DNA of 64,000 nt from positions 9,147 to 73,146 of the IMG/VR virus record IMGVR_UViG_3300037478_000223; one strand, written 5' to 3'. A program made the position numbers and the translations under genes. Below, one piece after another: positions 1 to 8,084 of this stretch (positions are counted from its first letter, which is position 1; every line of letters begins with the position of its first letter). Under the pieces are notes generated by a model that saw only the letters and a list, made by a program, of their open reading frames with translations, had not been told where the DNA came from and ran no database searches. Source of the stretch: a virus. Its lineage: Duplodnaviria > Caudoviricetes.

Positions 1-2
1 TC

Positions 3-542
3 CACTGCGCGCCCCCGATCAACCCGACGCTCTACCGCGTGCGGCTCGGGAACGCGATCGGCGCTGTCTCGACCGCGCGAGCCAAGGGCGGTGACCTCGT
101 GGCAGAGATCGCCCGCAGGATGCCGAAGCGTCGGTTCGTCGTGGCGCGGGATCCGGCAGGCAACGGGACCCACTTGTTCGCTGGCCTGACGAACGTGGAG
201 GTCATCCCGTTCGGGGACCCGGCGAAGTTCTACGGCCGCTGCAAGATCCTGCTGTTCCCGTCCGTCACGGAGTCCTACGGCCGCGCACCGGTGGAGGCTG
301 CCGTGTCCGGCATCCCCACCATCGCGACCCCACTCAAGGCCGTGAAAGAGGCGTTGGGGGGCCGGGGGACGTTCGTCCCGAGGCATCAGGTCAGCTTGTG
401 GGTTCGGGAGGCAGAAAGGATGATGCGCCATCCGATCGTGTGGGCAGCATCCTCGTCACAGGCGCGGAAGCTTGGCGAGTCACTGGACTATGCGGCAGTG
501 CGGGCCCGGTGGGTGTCCGAGGTGGAGCGGCTGAGGAGATAG
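3..542 (+). CDS. Glycosyltransferase, GT4/GT-B family, C-terminal part (5' end outside window)
   Basis: Frame open from window edge; motif FYGRCKILLFPSVTESYGRAPVEAAVSGIPTIAT is the GT4 E-x7-E signature. Confidence 0.85.
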   Translation, partial: HCAPPINPTLYRVRLGNAIGAVSTARAKGGDLVAEIARRMPKRRFVVARDPAGNGTHLFAGLTNVEVIPFGDPAKFYGRCKILLFPSVTESYGRAPVEAAVSGIPTIATPLKAVKEALGGRGTFVPRHQVSLWVREAERMMRHPIVWAASSSQARKLGESLDYAAVRARWVSEVERLRR

Positions 543-666
543 CGACGTAACGGCGCCCGTGGCATGTGCCGCATGACGTCGGCAACGCCCAGATGGTTCG
601 AGCGGCGTAGTGCACGACCGGGTGTAGTCGGATACCGCTGCCCTGGCATGTCCGGCATCGTGTCAC
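391..666 (-). CDS. Small zinc-finger protein (CxxCxGxG-type motifs)
   Basis: CRTCQGSG and CGTCHG motifs; AGGAGG RBS upstream of GTG; 3' end overlaps the GT gene antisense. Confidence 0.5.
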   Translation of the reverse strand: MTRCRTCQGSGIRLHPVVHYAARTIWALPTSCGTCHGRRYVAISSAAPPRTPTGPALPHSPVTRQASAPVTRMLPTRSDGASSFLPPEPTS

Positions 667-867
667 GGTTCCCCGGTCCTCCTGATGTTCAGGGTGAAGA
701 TGAGTCTTAACCTGACTCTACGGAGTTCTTCGCGTACCTCCATGCGGAAACAGATGCAGGGCCGACAGACACACGATGCCCGGTCATGCGTCGCCGGATC
801 GTTCTCCACCCAGAAGCGTTCAGTCATGCCGCCGTTGTTCCCCCTCGAACCACGCCCGTTGCCCCTG

Positions 868-924
868 GCGCCGCATGTGCCGCGCCATCTGCCGCGCCAT
901 CTGATGCGCCATCTGATGCGCCAG
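868..924. repeat. Direct repeats GCGCCATC with 12-bp period, candidate clt (cis-acting locus of transfer)
   Basis: GCGCCATCTGCC 882, GCGCCATCTGAT 894 and 906, partial GCGCCAG 918; non-coding, about 270 bp downstream of traB. Confidence 0.6.
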
Positions 925-975
925 GATCATTCCACTATCTTCCTCGTGGAATCGGTATCCGCACCCGACATATGC

Positions 976-1016
976 ACAACATACGTGTTGCGCCCGGTGC
1001 GGGATGAAAATAGAAT
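976..1016 (+). promoter_or_regulatory. Operator-promoter: ACAAC-N6-GTTGC overlapping TTGCGC-17-TAGAAT
   Basis: Direct sequence match. Confidence 0.85.
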
Positions 1017-1048
1017 GGGAGGCAACCCATCCACGACAGGAACGAGTC

Positions 1049-1585
1049 ATGCCCAAGATCTACGTATGCCGCCGGTGCGGAAACGCCACCACCAACCCGT
1101 CCCGGTACTGCCCAGCCTGCCGGTATCGCAAGGGGGCCCTTGCACCATCCCACAATGGTGCAAGGGCCCCCCTTTTCCCCCTCTGCCACACAGACTACCG
1201 GCCACGTGCCCGATTCTGCGCGTCAACCACATCGGCGCGCTTGACGCCCTTGGTCGGTGCGACGTCACTACTGATCCGCACCGAACCCACCTTCACCCCG
1301 GCCTCACGGAACAACTGGCCCACGTCCCGCGCGCCACACTCACCCCACGAGCCTGGGTCATGCGCTCGCAGCAGCGAAGCCAGCTCGCCCAGCCCGGCAG
1401 ACGGGCGAACCACAGTCCCGTCCAGCGGCCACACGTCCACCACCGCGTCCAGGAACACACCAGACGTCCCGTCATCGTCGTCCGCCGGGACATCTCCGGC
1501 CGCCATCCCGGACAGCGTGCCAGCCTCACGCCGCATGGCCTCGATTTCCTTCACCATCGCGTGCACGCTCGGCAAGTCCAGGTAG
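1049..1585 (+). CDS. Possible zinc-ribbon protein (CRRC...CPAC); 3' part runs antisense into traB
   Basis: RBS AGGA plus ATG just after the promoter; no stop before the hairpin at 1132, so true end uncertain. Confidence 0.3.
   Translation: MPKIYVCRRCGNATTNPSRYCPACRYRKGALAPSHNGARAPLFPLCHTDYRPRARFCASTTSARLTPLVGATSLLIRTEPTFTPASRNNWPTSRAPHSPHEPGSCARSSEASSPSPADGRTTVPSSGHTSTTASRNTPDVPSSSSAGTSPAAIPDSVPASRRMASISFTIACTLGKSR
1132..1176. terminator. 17-bp perfect stem hairpin, T-run on plus side
   Basis: GGGGGCCCTTGCACCAT / ATGGTGCAAGGGCCCCC followed by CTTTT; just past the traB stop. Confidence 0.8.
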
Positions 1586-3387
1586 GACAGCTTCGTCTTG
1601 ACCATCGAACCACCAGCGATCCCGATGAACGCGACACCCGGCGTGTCGATGTCCACCGCACGGTAGCCCCGGCCGTGAGCATCGGACCCGAGCGCGATAT
1701 TCGCGTCAGCGATGCTGTTCTGCGCGTGCCCGACGCGGTGCTTGCACCGGTCCAGGATCCGCGCCGGAACAGTGCCTTCCTTCGCGCCCTGGAACACGAG
1801 CCGGACCGTGATTCCGACCGAGCGAGCCGTCTGCACGACGTCCAACAAGCTGTCTTCGGCCTCGTTCGCGATCGGGGACAGGAACACACGCGGGACCTCG
1901 TCCAGCAGCACGAACACCGGCCGCATGTCCTGGCGATCCGCCAACGCGTCGGTCAGCTTCGAGTCCGGGCATTCCTCGAACGGAAGCGTCTCCAACACCT
2001 TGTTCCGCCGTGCGACCTCGGACCGGAGCCACTTCAACGTCCCCATGAACGCCTCCAGGTCCGCCGCGTCGCACCCGTTGCGCAAGGTGTGCGCGATCGG
2101 CGCGAACGCCTTGTAGTCCAGCCCACCCTTGAAGTTGTGGATGGCCAAGAGCGTTCGCGGGTCCATCGCGGCACCCAGGATCAGCAGCCGCGCGGTAGCC
2201 GACTTCCCGGAACCGACGTCGCCAGCAATCCCGCCGTTCGTCTCGAACAACGGCACGATGACATCCCGACCCCGCGCGTCCACGCCGACCGGAACACCAT
2301 CGAAGTACGAGCGCGAGCGCACCTGAGCCCACTTCCACGCCGGAGACGGCATGCGGGACAGCAGCCCGTCAGCAACGAACAGCTCGAACGCACCCGGCGA
2401 CACGTCCGGCAACGGCTCCACCACCAGGCACTCAGCAGGCTTGCCCATCGCGGACGCGAACCGGCCGTGACGCTTGATCAACTCAGCCGTCTCCAGTCCA
2501 GGAGCCATCCTCACCGTGAGCAACACGCCACCCTGCACGCGCTCACCAGACATCACGCGCGACTTGGCACCGTGCAGGGCACCGAACCCGGACATGGCCA
2601 ACGCGTTCTCCACGGTGGTGACCAACGCCTGATCCTCGTGAGACGACGGAGCCAGTTCCTTGGGATCCTTCGACCTGAACAGGTGAAACTTCCCCTGCAC
2701 CGGATCCCCCTCCGGCATCTGCGCAGTCACGACCACCGGCCGCACCGACTCCACAGCACCGGGACCGTCCGGCACGGGCGCTCGAAGATCTTCCGGCACC
2801 TCGGCACGTAACGGCCACGTGTTACGGCGCTCGCGGACGCCCGCGACGATGAACACGGTGACGGTTCCTGCGATCACGGCTGCCGGGACGGTCCCCCACT
2901 TGCCGTGTTCGGACCACATCCACGCCGCGAAGAACGGGGAGGCGACCACAGCCAGGCGCAGCAGCTTCCCGCGTCCCTTCCCGGCCGCGACCCAGTTCTT
3001 GGCTCGTACGGCGCTGACCTTCACCCCGAGGGCGAAGTACAGCGGCGCGCGCACGATGTGGAATGCGGCGATACGGCCTGTGTATGCGGCGCGTGCCTTG
3101 AAGCCGCCACGGACACGCGGGATCGGGACCGGGCGCACGACGGGCGCGGGCTGCGGCGCGACAACTGCCCCGGCGGGAACCGTCTGCGCTGTGGCCGGTT
3201 CGACGACGGGCCCGTTGTCCGGCTCCGCGTCGCCGCTCGCTGTGTCGTTGCTGTCGAAGGTCTCTTCGATCCGGTCAAGCGAATCATCGGCTTCGAGCAT
3301 GTCCAAGAGCCGTTCGTTCACCTCGTCAGCTTCGTAGCCGCTGAGCCGTTCGTGGTCGCCGTCGTCGTAGTGTGCATTGTCGGTCAT
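1195..3387 (-). CDS. traB: TraB-type FtsK/SpoIIIE conjugative DNA translocase
   Basis: N-terminal TM segments, Walker A GDVGSGKS, AMDPR...HNFKGGLDY, Walker B VFVLLDEV, C-terminal winged-helix-like domain; architecture of actinomycete plasmid TraB. Confidence 0.85.
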   Translation of the reverse strand: MTDNAHYDDGDHERLSGYEADEVNERLLDMLEADDSLDRIEETFDSNDTASGDAEPDNGPVVEPATAQTVPAGAVVAPQPAPVVRPVPIPRVRGGFKARAAYTGRIAAFHIVRAPLYFALGVKVSAVRAKNWVAAGKGRGKLLRLAVVASPFFAAWMWSEHGKWGTVPAAVIAGTVTVFIVAGVRERRNTWPLRAEVPEDLRAPVPDGPGAVESVRPVVVTAQMPEGDPVQGKFHLFRSKDPKELAPSSHEDQALVTTVENALAMSGFGALHGAKSRVMSGERVQGGVLLTVRMAPGLETAELIKRHGRFASAMGKPAECLVVEPLPDVSPGAFELFVADGLLSRMPSPAWKWAQVRSRSYFDGVPVGVDARGRDVIVPLFETNGGIAGDVGSGKSATARLLILGAAMDPRTLLAIHNFKGGLDYKAFAPIAHTLRNGCDAADLEAFMGTLKWLRSEVARRNKVLETLPFEECPDSKLTDALADRQDMRPVFVLLDEVPRVFLSPIANEAEDSLLDVVQTARSVGITVRLVFQGAKEGTVPARILDRCKHRVGHAQNSIADANIALGSDAHGRGYRAVDIDTPGVAFIGIAGGSMVKTKLSYLDLPSVHAMVKEIEAMRREAGTLSGMAAGDVPADDDDGTSGVFLDAVVDVWPLDGTVVRPSAGLGELASLLRAHDPGSWGECGARDVGQLFREAGVKVGSVRISSDVAPTKGVKRADVVDAQNRARGR

Positions 3388-3484
3388 GGCGGGGGTTCCT
3401 TCCGGTGGGGGATGTGCGTCGGTCCCGCCGCGTGAGTGGTACGGCGGGACCGACTGGAGGGGCAACAGGGGGTAGGCGCGCGTG

Positions 3485-3889
3485 TCAGGCGAACCCGAAT
3501 GCGCCGATCGTGGAGTTGATCGCCAGCGGCAGCCACGACGTGATCAGCGGAGTTGTACCGACGATCATGCACGCGATCACCAGGGGCACAAGCTCACCCT
3601 TCTTGATGGTCTTGTCCCACAGGATGACGGCCAGGATCGCGGTCGCGATGGCCAGGACACCCACCGTGTAGGTCGCGCCTCCAGCCGTGGACGGGAACCC
3701 GAGCATGCCAGTGAACGCGTTGATGATGCCGTTGAGCATCGGGGCAAGGAACCCCTGAATCCTGGGGGCCGATCCGACGATCATCGACACGATGATCAGG
3801 ATGTAGAGCGCCGCGCCGCTGGTCTTGTTGTGCCTGATCATGAAGATGAGCATGCCGACAGCGAACATGGCGACAAATGCGTCATACAT
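3485..3889 (-). CDS. Four-TM membrane protein, co-oriented upstream of traB (transfer/spread accessory)
   Basis: Almost entirely hydrophobic 134 aa; position in putative tra operon. Confidence 0.7.
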   Translation of the reverse strand: MYDAFVAMFAVGMLIFMIRHNKTSGAALYILIIVSMIVGSAPRIQGFLAPMLNGIINAFTGMLGFPSTAGGATYTVGVLAIATAILAVILWDKTIKKGELVPLVIACMIVGTTPLITSWLPLAINSTIGAFGFA

Positions 3890-4026
3890 GGGTGGTTGGT
3901 GCCTCTCTTGTTGGCTGTGAGGCAGCTAGGATGTGTCTGCCTCGTTGGTTGGGGTTGGGCTGTGACTGCTGTCTCCCGTCTTACTGGAGGGCGGGAGGCA
4001 GCGCGCTCGCGGTGCAGGGGGCTGGG

Positions 4027-4299
4027 TCAGTCCTCGCCGTGGAACTGCTTGTGGATCTTCCGGGAGGCGATCACGCGCCGGACTTGCTGGGGTGTGAGTC
4101 CGAACATCTTGCCAATCTTCCCGGTCGTGAGGCCACCCTTCGAGGGGGTAGTTTCGTCACGGTCCTGGGTGTAGATCCGGTAGATCTCGGCATCACGTTC
4201 GGCCAGTGCCCGGCTGGACTCTTCACGCGCTTGGGTCAGCTTGACGGCCAGGGGGTGCAGCGCGGGTTCCTGCGGTTCCTCCTTCGAGTTTCGGGTCAT
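4027..4299 (-). CDS. Small HTH DNA-binding protein, candidate master repressor
   Basis: LTTGKIGKMFGLTPQQVRRVI HTH; GAAAGG RBS; two perfect operators upstream. Confidence 0.75.
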   Translation of the reverse strand: MTRNSKEEPQEPALHPLAVKLTQAREESSRALAERDAEIYRIYTQDRDETTPSKGGLTTGKIGKMFGLTPQQVRRVIASRKIHKQFHGED

Positions 4300-4325
4300 G
4301 GTTGCCTTTCTGGTGGACGAATATT

Positions 4326-4376
4326 GCAACGCCAATGTTGCCACACCACACACCCTTAATGCAACTAGAACGTTGC
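4326..4376. promoter_or_regulatory. Two perfect GCAAC-N6-GTTGC operators (4326-4341, 4361-4376); leftward promoter TTGCAT-18-CAACAT
   Basis: Direct sequence; the leftward -10 is non-canonical. Confidence 0.75.
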
Positions 4377-4402
4377 GCGCGCGTGGGTGCTTCCCGTACA
4401 GT
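4361..4402 (+). promoter_or_regulatory. Operator-promoter TTGCGC-18-TACAGT for the rightward membrane/hydrolase operon
   Basis: Direct sequence match. Confidence 0.75.
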
Positions 4403-4447
4403 CAGGGACCGACACCACACTCACCACGCATGGAAGGAACCACCACC

Positions 4448-4618
4448 ATGGGCAAGCTCATCGCCGCCATCATCCTTGGCGCTTTCCTGGGCGTCTTCGT
4501 CATGCTCGCCCTCGGGTACGACAAGACCCTTGCCGCCTCGTTCGCCCAGAACGCCCGCACTGTCTCGCACATCGTCGGCACCATGAACGACGCCACTGCC
4601 ACGGGCGGGGGCGAGTGA
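4448..4618 (+). CDS. Small membrane/secreted protein
   Basis: GGAAGGA RBS; hydrophobic N-terminus MGKLIAAIILGAFLGVFVMLALG. Confidence 0.7.
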   Translation: MGKLIAAIILGAFLGVFVMLALGYDKTLAASFAQNARTVSHIVGTMNDATATGGGE

Positions 4619-4887
4619 TGTTCGGCGGAGACGACCGCGTATCACGCACCCTGCGCCGCTTCATGCTCTGGGGCGTGCTGTCCCTGATCGCCTACCTGAT
4701 CTTCTCCACCGAGGTCACAACGGTTCCCGGCAGCTTCGGGGACGTCCTGGAGAGCACATGGGTCCCGGTGCTGATCACCCTGACCATCGGGTTCATCCTG
4801 TTCGCCCCGGACAAGTGGGCCAAGGCCGTCAAGGGGTTCTTCGGCCTGGTCATCCTGTCCATCGTCCTGTACTGGATCCTGTTCTAG
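4618..4887 (+). CDS. Small 3-TM membrane protein
   Basis: TGATG coupling with previous gene; hydrophobic. Confidence 0.7.
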   Translation: MFGGDDRVSRTLRRFMLWGVLSLIAYLIFSTEVTTVPGSFGDVLESTWVPVLITLTIGFILFAPDKWAKAVKGFFGLVILSIVLYWILF

Positions 4888-4890
4888 CCC

Positions 4891-5082
4891 ATGGCGACGC
4901 ATAGACGGTGGTGGAACACACCATTCGGAAACGGACCAATCACCGTGGCACTATGGTGGCTGGCCTGGACACCACTGTTCGTCGGCGCGTGCGCTTACAC
5001 GGCCGGACTCCTGGCCTGGTTCCTCGCTCAGCTCGTCGGGTGGGGAATCATCCAGATACTCACCACCGCACCCGCCACCTAG
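4891..5082 (+). CDS. Small membrane protein
   Basis: Trp-rich hydrophobic 63 aa, tight packing. Confidence 0.6.
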   Translation: MATHRRWWNTPFGNGPITVALWWLAWTPLFVGACAYTAGLLAWFLAQLVGWGIIQILTTAPAT

Positions 5083-5094
5083 AGAGGGAACACC

Positions 5095-5424
5095 ATGGAC
5101 GCCAGCGACTTCGATCCGCGCAACCCCCGCGACGCCCGCGCGTTCGCGGAAGGAGTCATGGCAGCCCAACGCGATTCCCGGGCCCGGATCGAACAGCAGC
5201 AGCACCACACCGAACAGGCCGAAGAAGCCAAGCGGCATCTGGGATGGCTCGTGCTGTGCGCGATGCTCTTCCTCACTACCGCGTTCAACGCGGAGTCATG
5301 GGCGATCGGCCTCGCGTCGTTCGTGCTCGGACTCGGCATCGCGGGTGCTGTCGTCGCCAAGATCGTGTCGTGGCACAGGCACGCGACCGAAGCCAGGAAC
5401 TACGAACCCGAGGCCGGAAAGTGA
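5095..5424 (+). CDS. 2-TM membrane protein
   Basis: GAGAGGGA RBS; two hydrophobic segments. Confidence 0.7.
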   Translation: MDASDFDPRNPRDARAFAEGVMAAQRDSRARIEQQQHHTEQAEEAKRHLGWLVLCAMLFLTTAFNAESWAIGLASFVLGLGIAGAVVAKIVSWHRHATEARNYEPEAGK

Positions 5425-5756
5425 TCATCGACAAGATCGCACGCAAGATCACGAGCAAGCACGTGGAATCCACGTCCCGAACCGCCTACCACGGCACCGT
5501 GTACCGGATCAGGACCGTGGTGTGGCGCCATTGGGGCGGTCTGGCATGGTCATACACCATCGAACGCCCCAACCTGTCCAACCCGCTGGCACCGCGCATC
5601 GTTGATGCATCTAGGATTCACCTTTCCTACTACCAGGCCAAGCATGAGGCAGTGATTGAGGTAGGTGCCATCATGGATGACATCTACGCCACCATGAGCG
5701 CCATCTACGATGGTCATCCTCAGTACACGCACAGCCTCAACGACAGGGGAAGATAG
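5421..5756 (+). CDS. Hypothetical protein
   Basis: GTGA overlap with previous stop. Confidence 0.6.
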   Translation: MIIDKIARKITSKHVESTSRTAYHGTVYRIRTVVWRHWGGLAWSYTIERPNLSNPLAPRIVDASRIHLSYYQAKHEAVIEVGAIMDDIYATMSAIYDGHPQYTHSLNDRGR

Positions 5757-5760
5757 GGAC

Positions 5761-6045
5761 ATGGAACTCGAAGTGACGATGTGCGGCTACCTGGACGACG
5801 TCGTTCCCATCGACGTGCAGTACAGGCGCAACATCCTGCGCCGCTACAGCTACCTCCTGTACTGGGTGGAGCCCATCGACCGGTACGGCTACCAGACCTC
5901 CGCGTCGCAGGCGCGCGCGCGCGTCGAACCTCGTCGCTTCTGGACCATGCAGGCAGCAGAACGCCACGCCCGCGAAGCCGCCCAGACGATCCGTGAGCGC
6001 GTGGCCCGGGAAGCGGACTACTACGAACTTCCGGCGGCTTCGTGA
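5761..6045 (+). CDS. Hypothetical protein
   Basis: AGGGA RBS, tight packing. Confidence 0.6.
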   Translation: MELEVTMCGYLDDVVPIDVQYRRNILRRYSYLLYWVEPIDRYGYQTSASQARARVEPRRFWTMQAAERHAREAAQTIRERVAREADYYELPAAS

Positions 6046-6182
6046 ACCGGCGTACCCGTACCGTGTTCGTCGCCATCCTGGCCGTCACTCTCGCAATCGC
6101 GTGGGTGACGGCCGGTTTCATGTTCACCCACTGGCACAACGACCCGCTTCCCATTGAAACGCCCGGGTCCATGTCACGATGA
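6042..6182 (+). CDS. 46-aa single-TM peptide directly upstream of the peptidoglycan hydrolase (holin-like candidate)
   Basis: Translated by hand: MNRRTRTVFVAILAVTLAIAWVTAGFMF...; GTGA overlap. Confidence 0.55.
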   Translation: MNRRTRTVFVAILAVTLAIAWVTAGFMFTHWHNDPLPIETPGSMSR

Positions 6183-6186
6183 GGGC

Positions 6187-6873
6187 ATGGCCCTTTCCCA
6201 GCAGGTCACACCAACCTACGTGCTTGATCTCTACATGCGTTGGGCCGACCTCAACGGCTACCACGTGGGCGAACACCCGGACTACGGCGGAGTAACACCC
6301 GGCGTGCACGCGCTCGCCTCATGGCACAAGGACGGCCTTGCAACGGACATCAACTGGGGCGTCGGCAACCCACCGGCAGAGCGAGATAAGCTGATCACCG
6401 CAGCCATCGTGGCCGAATCGATGGGTCTAGCGCTCACCTATGCCAGATACGGGACCGCCGGGTCAGCATCGAATCACCGCAACCATCTCCACGTAGACGT
6501 AGGTGAATGGTCGAACTACGGGAACGGCAACGTACGCCGCAAGCCTGGAAGCCTGGTCCCCTACCGGCTCCAGACAGCAGTGTTCCGCTTCGTGCGCCAG
6601 CGAGACAACCTCTGGGGCGACCAGACAGGCAAGCGGCTCCACGCCGTACGCATGGCTTCCAGGATGCACGGGACCAAGTTCCCCTACGGGATCCCGTTTA
6701 CGCGCCGCGTCATCAGCGCCCGGAGCGGCAAGAACTGGGATCACTCAGCCCGTGAGGAACATGACGCTACCGTTCTCGTGATCCAGGAAGCCCTCAACGT
6801 CACCGAAGACGCCGTATGGGGCACCGAGACTGATAGCGCCTACCTGGAGGCGCAAGGCCGCTACCGGCGGTAG
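6187..6873 (+). CDS. Peptidoglycan hydrolase/endolysin, M15-like Zn peptidase plus C-terminal cell-wall-binding-like region
   Basis: SWHKDGLATD (H-x6-D) and NHLHVD (HxH) motifs; C-terminal QEALNVTEDAVWGTET resembles PG-binding repeats. Confidence 0.75.
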   Translation: MALSQQVTPTYVLDLYMRWADLNGYHVGEHPDYGGVTPGVHALASWHKDGLATDINWGVGNPPAERDKLITAAIVAESMGLALTYARYGTAGSASNHRNHLHVDVGEWSNYGNGNVRRKPGSLVPYRLQTAVFRFVRQRDNLWGDQTGKRLHAVRMASRMHGTKFPYGIPFTRRVISARSGKNWDHSAREEHDATVLVIQEALNVTEDAVWGTETDSAYLEAQGRYRR

Positions 6874-6878
6874 ACGAA

Positions 6879-6910
6879 AGCGCCAGCCACCATGCATGGT
6901 GACTGGCGCT
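6879..6910. terminator. Hairpin between convergent genes
   Basis: AGCGCCAG-CCACCATG/CATGGTGA-CTGGCGCT. Confidence 0.6.
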
Positions 6911-6924
6911 CGCGGCTTCGTGGT

Positions 6925-7302
6925 TCAGGCCAGGTCGGCGCGCGTGTAGGTGACCTCACCGGAACGGGAAGAGCCGTTCATGACGGGGACCGTGATGGCG
7001 TCGGTTCCGTCACGGTCCATGCGGCGGGTGAGCATGGCCTTGAAGCCCTCGCGGAGGGGGACCAGGCCGTCACGGACGCGGACGCTGATAGACGCGTCCA
7101 GCGGGCTCAGGATCGTCGCGCGCGGTCCGGCCCGGTGAAGTTCCTCGGGGCGGTAGCTCTCGGTGACTCCGTTGTCGTGGCGGACGACGGCGATGGTAGT
7201 CGCGCGGCGGATGACCGTTCCGGCGTAGCCGAGTCCGGACGGGAACCGGCGGACGCGGTCGCCGGGGGCCGGGAAGTTGAAGAGGCTGTTGGTGGTGGTC
7301 AT
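6925..7302 (-). CDS. Hypothetical protein with own operator-promoter
   Basis: GAAAGG RBS; promoter at 7374-7414. Confidence 0.7.
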   Translation of the reverse strand: MTTTNSLFNFPAPGDRVRRFPSGLGYAGTVIRRATTIAVVRHDNGVTESYRPEELHRAGPRATILSPLDASISVRVRDGLVPLREGFKAMLTRRMDRDGTDAITVPVMNGSSRSGEVTYTRADLA

Positions 7303-7373
7303 GGCGGGCCGTCCTTTCGTGGCTCCCAGTGGCTCCGGTGGAGCGCGTGGGCTGGGTGCCCCCGACAACGAGT

Positions 7374-7414
7374 ACGTTACACACTTCCTCGCGCGTGCGC
7401 AACATCAACGTTGC
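7374..7414 (-). promoter_or_regulatory. Operator-promoter GCAAC-N6-GTTGC, TTGCGC-17-TAACGT
   Basis: Direct sequence match on minus strand. Confidence 0.85.
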
Positions 7415-7496
7415 TCGGGACGTGAAACGGCCGGTGACATCCGGAAGAAAATCCGTCCCCCCGGATGCCACAGGCCGTCTGACCAGCGGACCTACT

Positions 7497-7769
7497 CTAC
7501 TCGCTCGCGCTGACAGCCTCCGACTGGCAGCAGCCCGAACCCTTCACCGTCTCGGAGTCCACGGCACTGACCTCCAGTGCCAGCGACGCGCGACACGCCG
7601 CGTCCTTGCCTTCCAGCAGCTTGCGAAGAGCCACGCTCTTCTCAGGGCCGTCCGGCAAGTAGTCGTCCCACTCGGCCGCCAGTGCCTCAGCCGGGAGCGC
7701 TGCTCCCACGATACGCACATCAGTGGTGCGCTTGGTGGTGTCGAAGTATTGCATCACGTGGTTGCTCAT
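7497..7769 (-). CDS. Small helical actinophage protein (LPDGPEKSVALRKLLEGKDAACRA family)
   Basis: Recognisable C-terminal helical motif. Confidence 0.65.
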   Translation of the reverse strand: MSNHVMQYFDTTKRTTDVRIVGAALPAEALAAEWDDYLPDGPEKSVALRKLLEGKDAACRASLALEVSAVDSETVKGSGCCQSEAVSASE

Positions 7770-7778
7770 GTTCGCACG

Positions 7779-8084
7779 CTACAGCGCAACGTACTCCCGC
7801 GCCGGATCACCGTCAGGGCGACGTCTTCCCGTGTACGGGTCACGGATCCACCCCGTGGGCTCCGTCTCAGGATGGTTACCGTCCCAATCCCGGGCGCCCT
7901 GTATCGCGCCCTGAATGGTGGCGTAGCACCAGTGCTTCTCGAATCCAAGTTCTCCATCCGGTCCGACGACCAGAGCCCACGTAAACAGCCGCGACACGAG
8001 CCACACGACATGCCCGGAGTCGAGGACGCGGAGCCGGGAGCCACATGCGATCGGATCCCATGGGTATGTCTCGTCGATGATCAT
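7779..8084 (-). CDS. Hypothetical protein
   Basis: ATGA coupling, plausible composition. Confidence 0.6.
   Translation of the reverse strand: MIIDETYPWDPIACGSRLRVLDSGHVVWLVSRLFTWALVVGPDGELGFEKHWCYATIQGAIQGARDWDGNHPETEPTGWIRDPYTGRRRPDGDPAREYVAL

Noticed and set aside
685-2811. 708-aa plus-strand ORF, and similar long ORFs (19997-21070, 22774-23691, 24905-26386, 42846-43601, 60055-60951)
   Set aside because: Antisense shadows of well-supported genes; long stop-free opposite frames are expected at this GC content
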